Of a DNA stretch of 64,000 nucleotides, positions 8,190 through 16,366 are shown piece after piece. Source of the DNA: Alphaproteobacteria bacterium (GTDB lineage Bacteria; Pseudomonadota; Alphaproteobacteria; UBA828); contig CBDCCI010000002.1 in NCBI GenBank assembly GCA_965214705.1, forward strand, positions 1,920,001 to 1,984,000, read 5' to 3'. Position numbers and translations under genes: made by a program. The notes under the pieces are model-generated. The model had not been told where the DNA came from. It saw nothing but the letters and a program-made list of their open reading frames with translations, and searched no databases. Each line of letters starts with the position of its first letter. Position 1 is the stretch's first letter.

Positions 8190-8951
8190 CTATAACCGCC
8201 GGGGCCCCACCGGGTTGTTGTGCACCGCACCATTCCCTTTCGCATGCGCAGCATTTCTGCTCCAGCGTGGCGGCCTGTCAAGCGCCCGCGTCTGCGGCGT
8301 GGCGTATTGGCTGGGATACTGGAGCCGGATGACCTGGGCGAAGGGGTCATGCGCTCGGCACATGTCATCGCGCGCTCTGTCCCGCGCGCACACCCACTCC
8401 CATGTGACCATGCAGTCCGGGGCTGGGTGGTTGACCACGGCGAGCAGCCGGTAAAGCTCCCTCAGCTGGGCTCGATTGACGCCCACGCCCTCGGGATGTT
8501 CGCGGCATAGCTTGCGTAGTTCGGCGATCGTCGGCCAGAACTTCTCTGAGCGGCGCCATTGTTGGGTCACGTCAACCAACACATGCTCGGGATATTCTTG
8601 CAGGTCTTCGAGATAGCACTCCATTGCGATGTCCATGTCGTCTCGTTCCGGGATGATGACGCATGCGGCGAGCCTGCGCAGGATCACCGCCGTGGCCTCG
8701 GGGCCGGCCGCCCGAAGATCGAACTCGACGCCCTCGATCCTGTCGAGCAGCTCCTCCACTTGCTCTTCGCACAGGTCCGGCGGGAGCAGGTCCCTCTTCT
8801 CACGCCATGTGTGTTGACGGTGCACGACGGCCAACGGCAGCTCATAGTCGCCGTCGATCAACTGCTTTAGCGAGGCCTTCCGCCAAGGCGCGCTCTCTAT
8901 CGCCCTGCGTCGTTCGTCTTCCTTCTGCCGGCGGATCAGCTCCAGATCTTC
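8190..8951 (-). pseudogene. Putative replicative helicase loader/inhibitor, 3' part (5' end at 11704-11747 cut off by IS66)
   Basis: YLEDLQEYP...WRRSEKFWPTIAELR motif typical of phage loader proteins found downstream of initiators. Removing the IS restores a 265-aa ORF starting MRERGGYELLTDEDLELIRRQ. Confidence 0.65.
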
Positions 8952-9031
8952 GTAAGCGGTACGCAGACCCCATACCGGAATCTGGCTTGACTACGACGGG
9001 GATTTCTTGAGGAGCGCCGTGAGCGCGCGAG

Positions 9032-10747
9032 TCATTTTGCCTCGGGCTGGAAGTTCCACGGCAGAAGCTCCTGGATGCCCGACTGCGGGTGGCCCTTGGC
9101 GATCTTCTCGAGCGTGCTCCGCATCCAGGCGTAGGGCTCGACGCCGTTCATCTTGCAGGTCTCGATCAGCGAGGCGATGCGGGCCCAGGCTTGCGCACCC
9201 TCGTCGTTGCCGGCGAAGAGCGCGTTCTTGGCGGTGAGCTTCAGCGGCCGGATTCGGTTTTCCACCAGGTTCGAGTCGATCTCGACACGACCGTCGTGCA
9301 GGAACTCCAGCAGCCCGTCCCACTGGTTGGCGATATAGGTCAGCTTCTCGCCGAGACGCGAGCGCGGTGAGACGCGCGAGCGCTGCTCGTCGAGCCAGAC
9401 ACCGAAGGTGTTCACGATCGGCGCCGACTCCTCCCAACGGATCGCGCGGCGCTCCGCCGGCGGCTTGCCCCGGATCTTCTTCTCGATCGCATAGAGCTTC
9501 GCGATCCGATTCAGACCGGCCAGCGCGATCGGCGATGCGCTCGAGTCGTATACCTCTTTCAGCTTCCGTCTTACATGCGCCCAACAGAGGGCCCGCGTCA
9601 CAGGGCCTTCCGCCCGGTCCGGCCGCGCCAGGATGTTGTGGCCCGAGTAGCCGTCGAGCTGCACCGTCCCCGAAAAGCCCTCCATAAGCTCGGCGCCATA
9701 CTTGCCGCCGCGGCCGGGCGCATAGCGATAGACGACGCCCGGCGGGTCCGTGCCGCTCCAGTGGCGCTCGTCACGCACAAGGGTCCACATGTAGCCCGTC
9801 TTCGTCTTGCCCCGGCCCGGGTCGAGAACGCGGATCGTGGTCTCGTCCAGACCCAGGTGATCCGACTTCTTCAGCTCATCCTCCAGGCAAGCGACCACGG
9901 GGCGCAGGTGAAACGACGCCTGGCCCACCCACGTCGCCAGCGTCGCACGGTGAACCTCGATCCCCGAGCGCTCGTAGATCTGCGACTGGCGATAGAGCGG
10001 GCAATGATCGCCGTACTTCGCGATCAGCACCTGCGCCAGAAGAGCCTCGGTGGGAAGGCCGCCCTCGACCAGAGCGGCCGGCGCCGGCGACTGCACCACC
10101 CCGCCCCCCTTGCACTTGTTGCAGGCGTAGCGGGGGCGCACGGTCTCGATGACGGTGAACTTCGCCGGCTCATAGTCCAGCCGCTCGCTGCGGTCCTCGC
10201 CGATCTTCGTCATCTCGCCGCAGCCGCAGGGGCACATGATCGTGTCCGGCTCGATCACCTCCTCGCGCCGGTCGACCTGGGGCCCGAAGCGCACCCCGCT
10301 GCGCGACCCCCGGGAAGAGCGCCGCCGGCGCTTGCCGCCAGCCCCCTCGTCCTGCTCCTGGTCATCTGCCTCGGGCCGACCGCCGGCTTCAGCGATCGCC
10401 GCCCAAAACTCCTCGAACGTAAGCTGGCGCTCGTCCTCGCCGAGCTTCTCGGAGCGCGGACCGAACAGCGCCTTCCTGAGCTCCTTGTTGAGATGCTCAA
10501 GCCGGCTGATCTGCTCCGCGCTCTGCGCGTTCTCGGCCTCCAGCCGTGCCGCCCGCGCTTCCGCCGTCTGCCTCGCCGCCTCCGCCGCGCCGCGTGCCTG
10601 CTCCGCTTCGCATAGGGCTGCTTCCGTCGCCCGGCGCGCCGCGCGCTCGTCGTCAAGCTCCGCATGCAGGGCCGCCAGCGCCGCCGAAACCACCGCAGGC
10701 GACGGCGAACCGGCGCTGCTGAGGGGTGAGGGCGTGACCTTCGGCAT
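9032..10747 (-). CDS. tnpC: IS66 transposase TnpC
   Basis: LFGPRSEK, zinc finger CPCGC...C..C, DET, CWAHVRRK, IDSNLVEN and ETCKMNGVEP motifs; start uncertain (10747 or 10774). Confidence 0.95.
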   Translation of the reverse strand: MPKVTPSPLSSAGSPSPAVVSAALAALHAELDDERAARRATEAALCEAEQARGAAEAARQTAEARAARLEAENAQSAEQISRLEHLNKELRKALFGPRSEKLGEDERQLTFEEFWAAIAEAGGRPEADDQEQDEGAGGKRRRRSSRGSRSGVRFGPQVDRREEVIEPDTIMCPCGCGEMTKIGEDRSERLDYEPAKFTVIETVRPRYACNKCKGGGVVQSPAPAALVEGGLPTEALLAQVLIAKYGDHCPLYRQSQIYERSGIEVHRATLATWVGQASFHLRPVVACLEDELKKSDHLGLDETTIRVLDPGRGKTKTGYMWTLVRDERHWSGTDPPGVVYRYAPGRGGKYGAELMEGFSGTVQLDGYSGHNILARPDRAEGPVTRALCWAHVRRKLKEVYDSSASPIALAGLNRIAKLYAIEKKIRGKPPAERRAIRWEESAPIVNTFGVWLDEQRSRVSPRSRLGEKLTYIANQWDGLLEFLHDGRVEIDSNLVENRIRPLKLTAKNALFAGNDEGAQAWARIASLIETCKMNGVEPYAWMRSTLEKIAKGHPQSGIQELLPWNFQPEAK

Positions 10748-10840
10748 GGGCCACCCCTTAATCCGATTCGCCAATGCATGACCAGGGAAAAGTGCAGGCG
10801 GGACCGCGACCGAAATCTGCGGCCCCGCCTGCGTGCCGCC

Positions 10841-11191
10841 TCACTCCGCCGCCAGCGGGCGGCGAACCGGGCGGGCCTTCACCCGGCGCCAGTCCAGACC
10901 CTCGAAGAGGGCCTCGAACTGGCCCTTCGTAAGGCGCATCACACCATCCTCGATCCGAGGCCAGGCGAAGCGGCCCTGCTCCAGACGCTTGTAGGTCATC
11001 ACCAGACCGCTGCCGTCCCACGCAAGGAGCTTGAGCCTGTCGCCGCGGCGCGAGCGGAAGATCACGATCACCCCGGAATAGATATCGAGGTCCAGCTCCC
11101 CCGCCGCCGTCGCCGCAAGCGCGTCGTGGCCGCGACGAAAATCAACCGGCCGCGTCGCCAACACGATGCGAAGCGAGGGGGCCGCGATCAT
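10841..11191 (-). CDS. tnpB: IS66 accessory protein TnpB
   Basis: PVDFRRG, FRSRRGDRLKLLAWDGSG and KRLEQGRF motifs. Confidence 0.95.
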   Translation of the reverse strand: MIAAPSLRIVLATRPVDFRRGHDALAATAAGELDLDIYSGVIVIFRSRRGDRLKLLAWDGSGLVMTYKRLEQGRFAWPRIEDGVMRLTKGQFEALFEGLDWRRVKARPVRRPLAAE

Positions 11192-11643
11192 GACGACGCC
11201 CGGCCCAGGCCCGAGGCCACCGCAACAATCCGATCGACCGCGCTCTCCACCGGAAGGCGAACGACCACGCCTAGCGCCTCGATCGCCACCGTCCGCTCGG
11301 ACGTCACGCTATCAACCACCACGGGAACAAATGGCGGTGCAGAGCCACCAATCCGAGCGCCCGGAAGAGTTCCCTCCCGCGCGCGCCGCCGCCACTTGGT
11401 CAGGGTCGTATCGCTGACGCCATGGCGGCGCGCGACCGCCGCAACCGAAGAGCCCGGCTCAAAGCTCTCCGAGACAATCCGCGCCTTCTCATCGTCCGGC
11501 CAGCGTCGCATGGGGGCCGGCTCAGACGGAGCCGGGGCGGCTCCCTCAGAAGCTGGGATCTCAACCGAAGCAACAGCGACACCGTCGCCAGATGCCAAAA
11601 TCGAATCTGTCATCGCGATCTCTCCTGTGTGGCTCGTGGTCAA
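11188..11643 (-). CDS. tnpA: IS66 TnpA HTH protein
   Basis: RRWPDDEKARIVSES...SVAAVARRHGV...WRR HTH; the true start may be slightly downstream. Confidence 0.9.
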   Translation of the reverse strand: MTTSHTGEIAMTDSILASGDGVAVASVEIPASEGAAPAPSEPAPMRRWPDDEKARIVSESFEPGSSVAAVARRHGVSDTTLTKWRRRAREGTLPGARIGGSAPPFVPVVVDSVTSERTVAIEALGVVVRLPVESAVDRIVAVASGLGRASS

Positions 11644-11664
11644 GGCGGAGAGTCAGCCCCGAAA

Positions 11665-12405
11665 TCAGATCCGCTGGAAGTATGGGGGCCCGATACCGCT
11701 TACAGATCTTCGTCCGTCAGAAGCTCGTAGCCCCCTCGTTCCCTCATTAGCCCGGCGCACGTCTTCTCTGATCCAGTTGCGCCAGATCGCATTCCAATCA
11801 GCGGCAGCTCGTCCGGTACCAAGGTAGTGATCCGTGAAGCGGTCGACTGCCTGGCTGATCTGGGCATCGCTCAATCCCTGGTTCTTCGCGAACAAGAGTC
11901 CCTTCTCTGACGGCAACCAATTGGCGGCCATGCGGGAGGTGGCGCGCTTGCGCGCGCCCCCGGTTCCCTGACGGTTCTTTGACGGTTCCTGATGGTTCGG
12001 TGGGCAACTTGCCCGCTGTTTCGGGCAACTTGCCCGCTGTTCTGTGACAGGTTGCCCGGTGTCGTGGGCAAGTTGCCCGGTGTCGTGCGCCGCCTCACCG
12101 GGCAGATTGTCCGGTGTCGAGGCTTCGTCCTCCCCCCCCAACTGCAGGTGGTATTCGTGACCTCGACCGCGCTTGGTCTTGAGGATCAGGCCACGAGACT
12201 CGAGGTGGTCCAGGGCCCGCCGCACTGTGCGCTCGTCGAGCTCGGTGTCGTCTGCAATCCGCCTTACCGAGGGGTAGCTGTGGCCACGGTCGTCGGCATG
12301 ATCGGCCAGCTTGAGAAGCACCAATTTCGCCGACGGCGCGGACACGCTTTTTTCTGCGTTCCCGACGCGCTGGCCAAAGGCCCAGGCCATCGCGCGAACA
12401 CTCAC
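11665..12405 (-). CDS. Phage-type replication initiator (N-terminal winged HTH, C-terminal DnaT-like region); native C-terminal tail displaced by IS66
   Basis: GTG start gives MSVRAMAWAF...KLVLLKLADHADDRGHSYPSVRRIA..ERTVRRAL..L...GLI and C-terminal DWNAIWRNWIR. It now ends with 12 IS-derived residues; the native tail is at 8842-8943. Confidence 0.85.
   Translation of the reverse strand: MSVRAMAWAFGQRVGNAEKSVSAPSAKLVLLKLADHADDRGHSYPSVRRIADDTELDERTVRRALDHLESRGLILKTKRGRGHEYHLQLGGEDEASTPDNLPGEAAHDTGQLAHDTGQPVTEQRASCPKQRASCPPNHQEPSKNRQGTGGARKRATSRMAANWLPSEKGLLFAKNQGLSDAQISQAVDRFTDHYLGTGRAAADWNAIWRNWIREDVRRANEGTRGLRASDGRRSVSGIGPPYFQRI
12002..12112. repeat. Intragenic iterons / putative replication origin
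   Basis: GGGCAACTTGCCC at 12002 and 12023, degenerate copy at 12045, GGGCAAGTTGCCC at 12066, degenerate copy at 12100. The first four have a 21-22 bp period, inside rep as in lambda O. Confidence 0.8.
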
Positions 12406-12410
12406 GGAAC
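12396..12410. promoter_or_regulatory. Candidate alphaproteobacterial LexA (SOS) box over the rep start codon
   Basis: GAAC-ACTCACG-GAAC = GAAC-N7-GAAC. Confidence 0.5.
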
Positions 12411-12421
12411 GAATCCGGGGG

Positions 12422-12444
12422 GTTTCTGGCAAGTTGCCAGAAAC
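12422..12444. repeat. 23-bp perfect palindrome in the right att arm
   Basis: GTTTCTGGCAA-G-TTGCCAGAAAC, the reverse complement of 524-546. Confidence 0.9.
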
Positions 12445-12475
12445 TCCCGGTCCTCGCGGCGGGCGGGCGGTTCTC

Positions 12476-12488
12476 TAAGTGATTGATT
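12476..12488 (-). promoter_or_regulatory. IHF consensus site in the tRNA-side att arm
   Basis: Minus strand AATCAATCACTTA matches WATCAANNNNTTR, 12 bp from the att core. Confidence 0.65.
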
Positions 12489-12502
12489 TATAAGGGGAGA
12501 AC

Positions 12503-12578
12503 TGGTGCCGCAGGAGAGATTCGAACTCCCGACCCATGCATTACGAATGCATTGCTCTACCGACTGAGCTACTGCGGC
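12503..12578 (-). tRNA. tRNA-Thr(CGT), integration target
   Basis: Acceptor stem GCCGCAG/CTGCGGC, anticodon arm ATGCA-TT CGT AA-TGCAT, TTCGAAT loop, encoded CCA; 76 nt. Confidence 0.97.
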
Positions 12579-12663
12579 CCGGTTCCGCGCCGGACTATCG
12601 TCAAGGCACGCTGCATTGTAAAGGCGCCAATCGCGGGCTGGCCCTGGCTTCCCGCAAGAACGG

Positions 12664-14043
12664 TCACTCGGCGGCGGTGCCTGCGGCCGCCGGTACCGGC
12701 TGCTCTTCGTCGTCGGCAGAGGCAGCGGTATCTGGCGGCAAGGCGCTTGCCTCGACGCGGGACGGTGTGCGCCACTCGATCGCATCGAAGGCACCGCAGC
12801 GATCGCAGACGATCGACCACGCCGGGCTCGCGCTGGCGCAGCGGGTGCAGAGCCAGGCCGGATCGGGCGGCGCCTCGCTCGCCTGCTGGAGGCGCCGCCG
12901 GACCGCGTCGCCGTCCCCCGTCTCGGCCTCCTCCAGACGTGCCAGCAGGCGGTAGGCGCCAGCGCTGGGGCACTCAACCGCGGCGCGCTCCAGATGCCGA
13001 CGCGCCGTCCCCCACTGCTTCGCGTCGAGCGCCTGGTTCGCGAGCAGCATGAGGCTCTCGGCGTGGTCGCTGTTGTTGGCCACCAGCGTCTCGACCCGCT
13101 TCAGCCGCTCTGCGGCCGAACTGTCGGCGTGGAGCGCGAGAAAGAGCCGGCCGAGCGCCGGGTGAGGACAATGACGCCAGGCATCGATCACCGCCCGCTG
13201 CGCAGCACTGTCTCGGCCGGCTTCCTTGGCGAGTCCGGCGCCCAGCAGCGCTGCGGGCAGGAACGCAGCATCTGCCGCGCGCGCCTCGTCGGCGACGCGC
13301 AGCGCCTCCCTCACCTCGCCCTGCTCGCGCAACGCCCGCGCCCGCTCGAAGAGCAATCCCGCCTGGCGTCGGCGACCGATCTCCTCGCTCACGGCGCCGT
13401 GGCGCAGGGCCTGCTTGACCGTTCCGACCGCATCCGACCAGCGCCCAGCCCGCGTTTGCATCTCCAGCAGCGCGGTCAGCACCCAGGGCGTCTCGGGCCG
13501 GAGCGCGAAAGCCTGCTCCGCAAGCTCCAGCGCCCGCGCCGTATCGCCGGTGCGCTCGGCCTGAACGAGCAAGCCGCGCAATCCGAGGAACGCCGTCGCC
13601 GGCTGGTCGAGCATGGCCTCGAAATAACCGCGCGCGGCGTGGTCGTCGCCCTCAAGCTGCGCCGCCTGGGCCGAGAGCAGGAGCGTCAGCGGGGGCTCCT
13701 CCAGCAGCGCATCGGCGCGACGCGCGAAGCGGCGGGCGCGCTTTGGGTCGCCCGCCGCCGCCGCGACCAGCCCCTGGGTCAGCGCCCGGTAGCCCAGACG
13801 CTCGCGGCGACGGCGGCGCGCCAATGCGACCCGGCGCGGGCCGATCCAGACGAAGCGCACCACGGCAGCGATCACCAGGACGATGGCCGCAGCCACGGCG
13901 AGGGCCGCAGCCAGGGTCCCCGGCGAGGTCTCGACCATGTAGTCGCCCCAAGCGATCTCGACACGGCCGGGCGGCTCCGAGATCCAGCTCGCGGCCGCCG
14001 CAACGACGATCACCGCAACGACGAAGGCGATGATGCGGATCAT
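12664..14043 (-). CDS. hemY: Heme biosynthesis-associated HemY-family TPR membrane protein
   Basis: Two N-terminal TM segments, HemY_N (PGRVEIAW...), TPR-like helices, C-terminal CxxC...CxxC; last gene of the hemC-hemD cluster. Confidence 0.88.
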   Translation of the reverse strand: MIRIIAFVVAVIVVAAAASWISEPPGRVEIAWGDYMVETSPGTLAAALAVAAAIVLVIAAVVRFVWIGPRRVALARRRRRERLGYRALTQGLVAAAAGDPKRARRFARRADALLEEPPLTLLLSAQAAQLEGDDHAARGYFEAMLDQPATAFLGLRGLLVQAERTGDTARALELAEQAFALRPETPWVLTALLEMQTRAGRWSDAVGTVKQALRHGAVSEEIGRRRQAGLLFERARALREQGEVREALRVADEARAADAAFLPAALLGAGLAKEAGRDSAAQRAVIDAWRHCPHPALGRLFLALHADSSAAERLKRVETLVANNSDHAESLMLLANQALDAKQWGTARRHLERAAVECPSAGAYRLLARLEEAETGDGDAVRRRLQQASEAPPDPAWLCTRCASASPAWSIVCDRCGAFDAIEWRTPSRVEASALPPDTAASADDEEQPVPAAAGTAAE

Positions 14044-15608
14044 TGCGTGCCGCCGGTCGTTGCCCAACGGGCGCCGATGCGCGCGTGGACGGCGGCGACA
14101 AGAGTGGCGAGCGCGTCGTCGGCCTCCTGTCGGGCGCGGGCGTCGCGTAGCCAGGTTTGAGCGCTGATGGCCTCGACGGCACCGGGCATCGTCGCCTCGA
14201 CGATGGCAATTGCGCGCCCGAGATCGCCGGTCGCGAGCGCCGATTCGGCCTCGACCAGACGGCCGTCGAGGCTCTGAGGATCGATGGCGCCGCTAGTCTT
14301 GCGGATCGTCACGAGCTGACTCAGCCGGGTGACCGTCTCGTCGATCCAGTCGGCGTCCTCGGTCGCGGGCGCGGCGCGCACGATGGCGCTGGCGGCCTCG
14401 GGAAAGCGCGCGAGGAGCCCGTCGATGGTCGGCACGCCCGTGGCGGCGAAGGGCGCCAAGCGCGCGAGGGCGCTCTCGACCGCGGGGTCGTCGCCGGTGA
14501 TGCCGCGAACCGTGTCGAGCGCGGGTGCGAAACCGCGGGATGAGGCGAGAGCGGCGGTGAGCTCGCCGGTCGCCAGCACCAGCGTCACCAGGCGCCCATC
14601 AGCGGCGGCTTGCTGTGCGGCCTCTTCCTCGAAGTGCGCGAGCCGCGCGCTTACCTCGGCAAGCGCGGTCTCCAGCGCGGCGCGCTGTTCTCCCCAAGCC
14701 GCGAGCGCCTCGCCGAGGGGCTCGCGCGTCGGATCGTCCTCGAGCACTCGGACCCGCTGCTCCAGGGCGATCACCGCAGCGCCCGCGCCGATGGCACCAT
14801 CGGACCGCGCCTCCAGGGCATCCAGCCGAGCGTTGAGCGCGCCGAGCGCGTCGCTGCCGAGATCGGCTTGCGCGGTCGACCGGGTGGCAGGCTGGGACTC
14901 GTCGACCGCAACCGGAGCCGCTTCGGCAGCAACGGCGGTCGCGCGCTCGGGCACGACCTGCTCCTCGGCGTGTACGGGGGCAACGGCCGGAGTCGCCGGC
15001 GGATCGTCGGCCGCAAGCGCCGGCGATGGCGACGGGGGATCCACTGCAGGCGCTGCCGGCTCGGGCGTTGCGGTCACCTGTGGAGTGGTCTCGTCGTCCT
15101 GCGGAGCGGCGGCGGCCGGTACCGCTTCTGTCGGGCCGGCCCTGGAGTCCTCGTCCTCTATCTCTGCAACAACAAGCGGCGCGCCGGCACCGTCGGCAGG
15201 GGGAGAGGTCGCCGTGCCCTCACCCGACGGACCGTCACCCGTTTGTTGGGCGACGGGCGGCGCAGCGGCGGGGGCCGTCGCGACGGTCTTCTCGCCGCCA
15301 ATGCCGAAGACATCGGGCCCGAATTCGGACCACGCGGCGTAAAGCCCGACGCAAACGAGCGCTGCAGCCAGGCCTATGACTGCTACCAGCGGGACGCGGC
15401 GACCCTTCGGGCGATCCGCCTCGGCCTCGGCGGCGGGGGCATCGGGGGTGTCCGCGTCCTGCGTCGCACCCCGCGTCGCCGGCAATCGCCAGATCACGCC
15501 TGGCCGGCCGCTTGCCGGCGTCTCCTGGCCGTCGTCCTTCCGCGCCGCCATGTGTCTCTCGTTACGCCTGTCGCGGCCTCTTCGGCGCCGGCTCGATCTC
15601 TTGCTCAC
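14040..15608 (-). CDS. COG4223 / mitofilin-like (alphaMic60, HemX-position) membrane protein
   Basis: Single TM, Pro/Ala-rich linker, coiled coil, C-terminal GVPT...LVTIR...AESALATGDL...W..DA.AR; lies between hemD and hemY. Start uncertain. Confidence 0.8.
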   Translation of the reverse strand: MSKRSSRRRRGRDRRNERHMAARKDDGQETPASGRPGVIWRLPATRGATQDADTPDAPAAEAEADRPKGRRVPLVAVIGLAAALVCVGLYAAWSEFGPDVFGIGGEKTVATAPAAAPPVAQQTGDGPSGEGTATSPPADGAGAPLVVAEIEDEDSRAGPTEAVPAAAAPQDDETTPQVTATPEPAAPAVDPPSPSPALAADDPPATPAVAPVHAEEQVVPERATAVAAEAAPVAVDESQPATRSTAQADLGSDALGALNARLDALEARSDGAIGAGAAVIALEQRVRVLEDDPTREPLGEALAAWGEQRAALETALAEVSARLAHFEEEAAQQAAADGRLVTLVLATGELTAALASSRGFAPALDTVRGITGDDPAVESALARLAPFAATGVPTIDGLLARFPEAASAIVRAAPATEDADWIDETVTRLSQLVTIRKTSGAIDPQSLDGRLVEAESALATGDLGRAIAIVEATMPGAVEAISAQTWLRDARARQEADDALATLVAAVHARIGARWATTGGTQ

Positions 15609-16366
15609 CGTTGCAGCTCGCCGACTTGCGGGCTCGGCGCGAGTGCACTCACGACGCAGGCGACGAGCGCATCCTGTTGCGGCGCGGCGGCCACGGAGAC
15701 GCGTTTCCAGGGAAGAGATGCTGCCGCTTCGGCCACCGCTTGGCTCAGGCAGAACGCGGTGAGTGTCCGCGCCGTCGAGTCGACTCCCGACTCGCGCGCG
15801 AGCTTAGCAAAGAGGCGCGCGGTGCGGGGAGAGTAAAACGCAGCGCCGGTGAGGGCTTGTGCCTCCAACGCCTGGCGCGCCGGCGCAGACAAGGCACACG
15901 AGGCGACCGCGTCGTAGAGAAGCACGCGCACCGCATCGAAACCGGCGGCGCGCAGCCGGGGCGCCAAATCGCCCGTGCTGACCCGGCCGGCCACGTGGAC
16001 GAGGCGGCCGGAGGCTGGGCGGAGTCGGGCTAAGGCGAGCGCCGCCAGCGCGTCCACGTCGCCGTCCGCCGCGGTCACCGAGCGGAAGCCGGCGTCCTGC
16101 GCAGCCTGCGCGGTGGCGCAGCCCACCGCCAAGACCGGAAGCCGGCGCGCATCCTCGTCGGGAGACGTCGCCGCGAGCGCGCGCGCGCCGTTCGCGCTGG
16201 TGAGCAGGATTGCTTGGGCGCCCGCAAGGTCGAGGCGCGCATCGTGGTCGAGACGGATCGACATCATCGGCTCGATCAGCGACTCGATGCCGTGACGCGC
16301 CAGCTCTTCCGCGAGCGCGAGAGAATCCTGGCGCGGGCGGGTGAGCAGCAGGCACGGCTGGCTCAT
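15605..16366 (-). CDS. hemD: Uroporphyrinogen-III synthase
   Basis: LLTRP, TSANG, AVGxATA and YSPRTA motifs. Confidence 0.92.
   Translation of the reverse strand: MSQPCLLLTRPRQDSLALAEELARHGIESLIEPMMSIRLDHDARLDLAGAQAILLTSANGARALAATSPDEDARRLPVLAVGCATAQAAQDAGFRSVTAADGDVDALAALALARLRPASGRLVHVAGRVSTGDLAPRLRAAGFDAVRVLLYDAVASCALSAPARQALEAQALTGAAFYSPRTARLFAKLARESGVDSTARTLTAFCLSQAVAEAAASLPWKRVSVAAAPQQDALVACVVSALAPSPQVGELQR

Larger units (their letters stand above)
8952..11703 (-). mobile_element. IS66-family insertion sequence (2752 bp)
   Basis: Terminal IRs GTAAGCGGTACGCAGACCCCATAC and GTAAGCGGTATCGGGCCCCCATAC (19/24). 8-bp target duplication AGATCTTC at 8944-8951 and 11704-11711. Carries tnpA, tnpB and tnpC. 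Confidence 0.97.
387..12550. mobile_element. Integrated capsid-encoding phage satellite / minimal prophage-like element in tRNA-Thr(CGT)
   Basis: Bounded by identical 50-bp direct repeats (387-436 and 12501-12550) covering the tRNA 3' half. Contains integrase, xis, rep, terL, capsid and portal genes. No tail or lysis genes recognised. Confidence 0.9.

Noticed and set aside
8123-8368. 81-aa ORF as small terminase or HNH
   Set aside because: Arg/Pro-rich shadow-like composition, mostly overlaps the loader gene, no HNH or TerS features visible; not excluded without a profile search.
12002-12112. CRISPR array
   Set aside because: Units are 21-22 bp with no unique spacers, lie inside a CDS, and there are no cas genes; they fit iterons.
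387-12550. Gene transfer agent cluster or complete prophage
   Set aside because: It has an integrase, att sites and its own replicon (unlike RcGTA) and lacks tail and lysis genes (unlike a complete phage).
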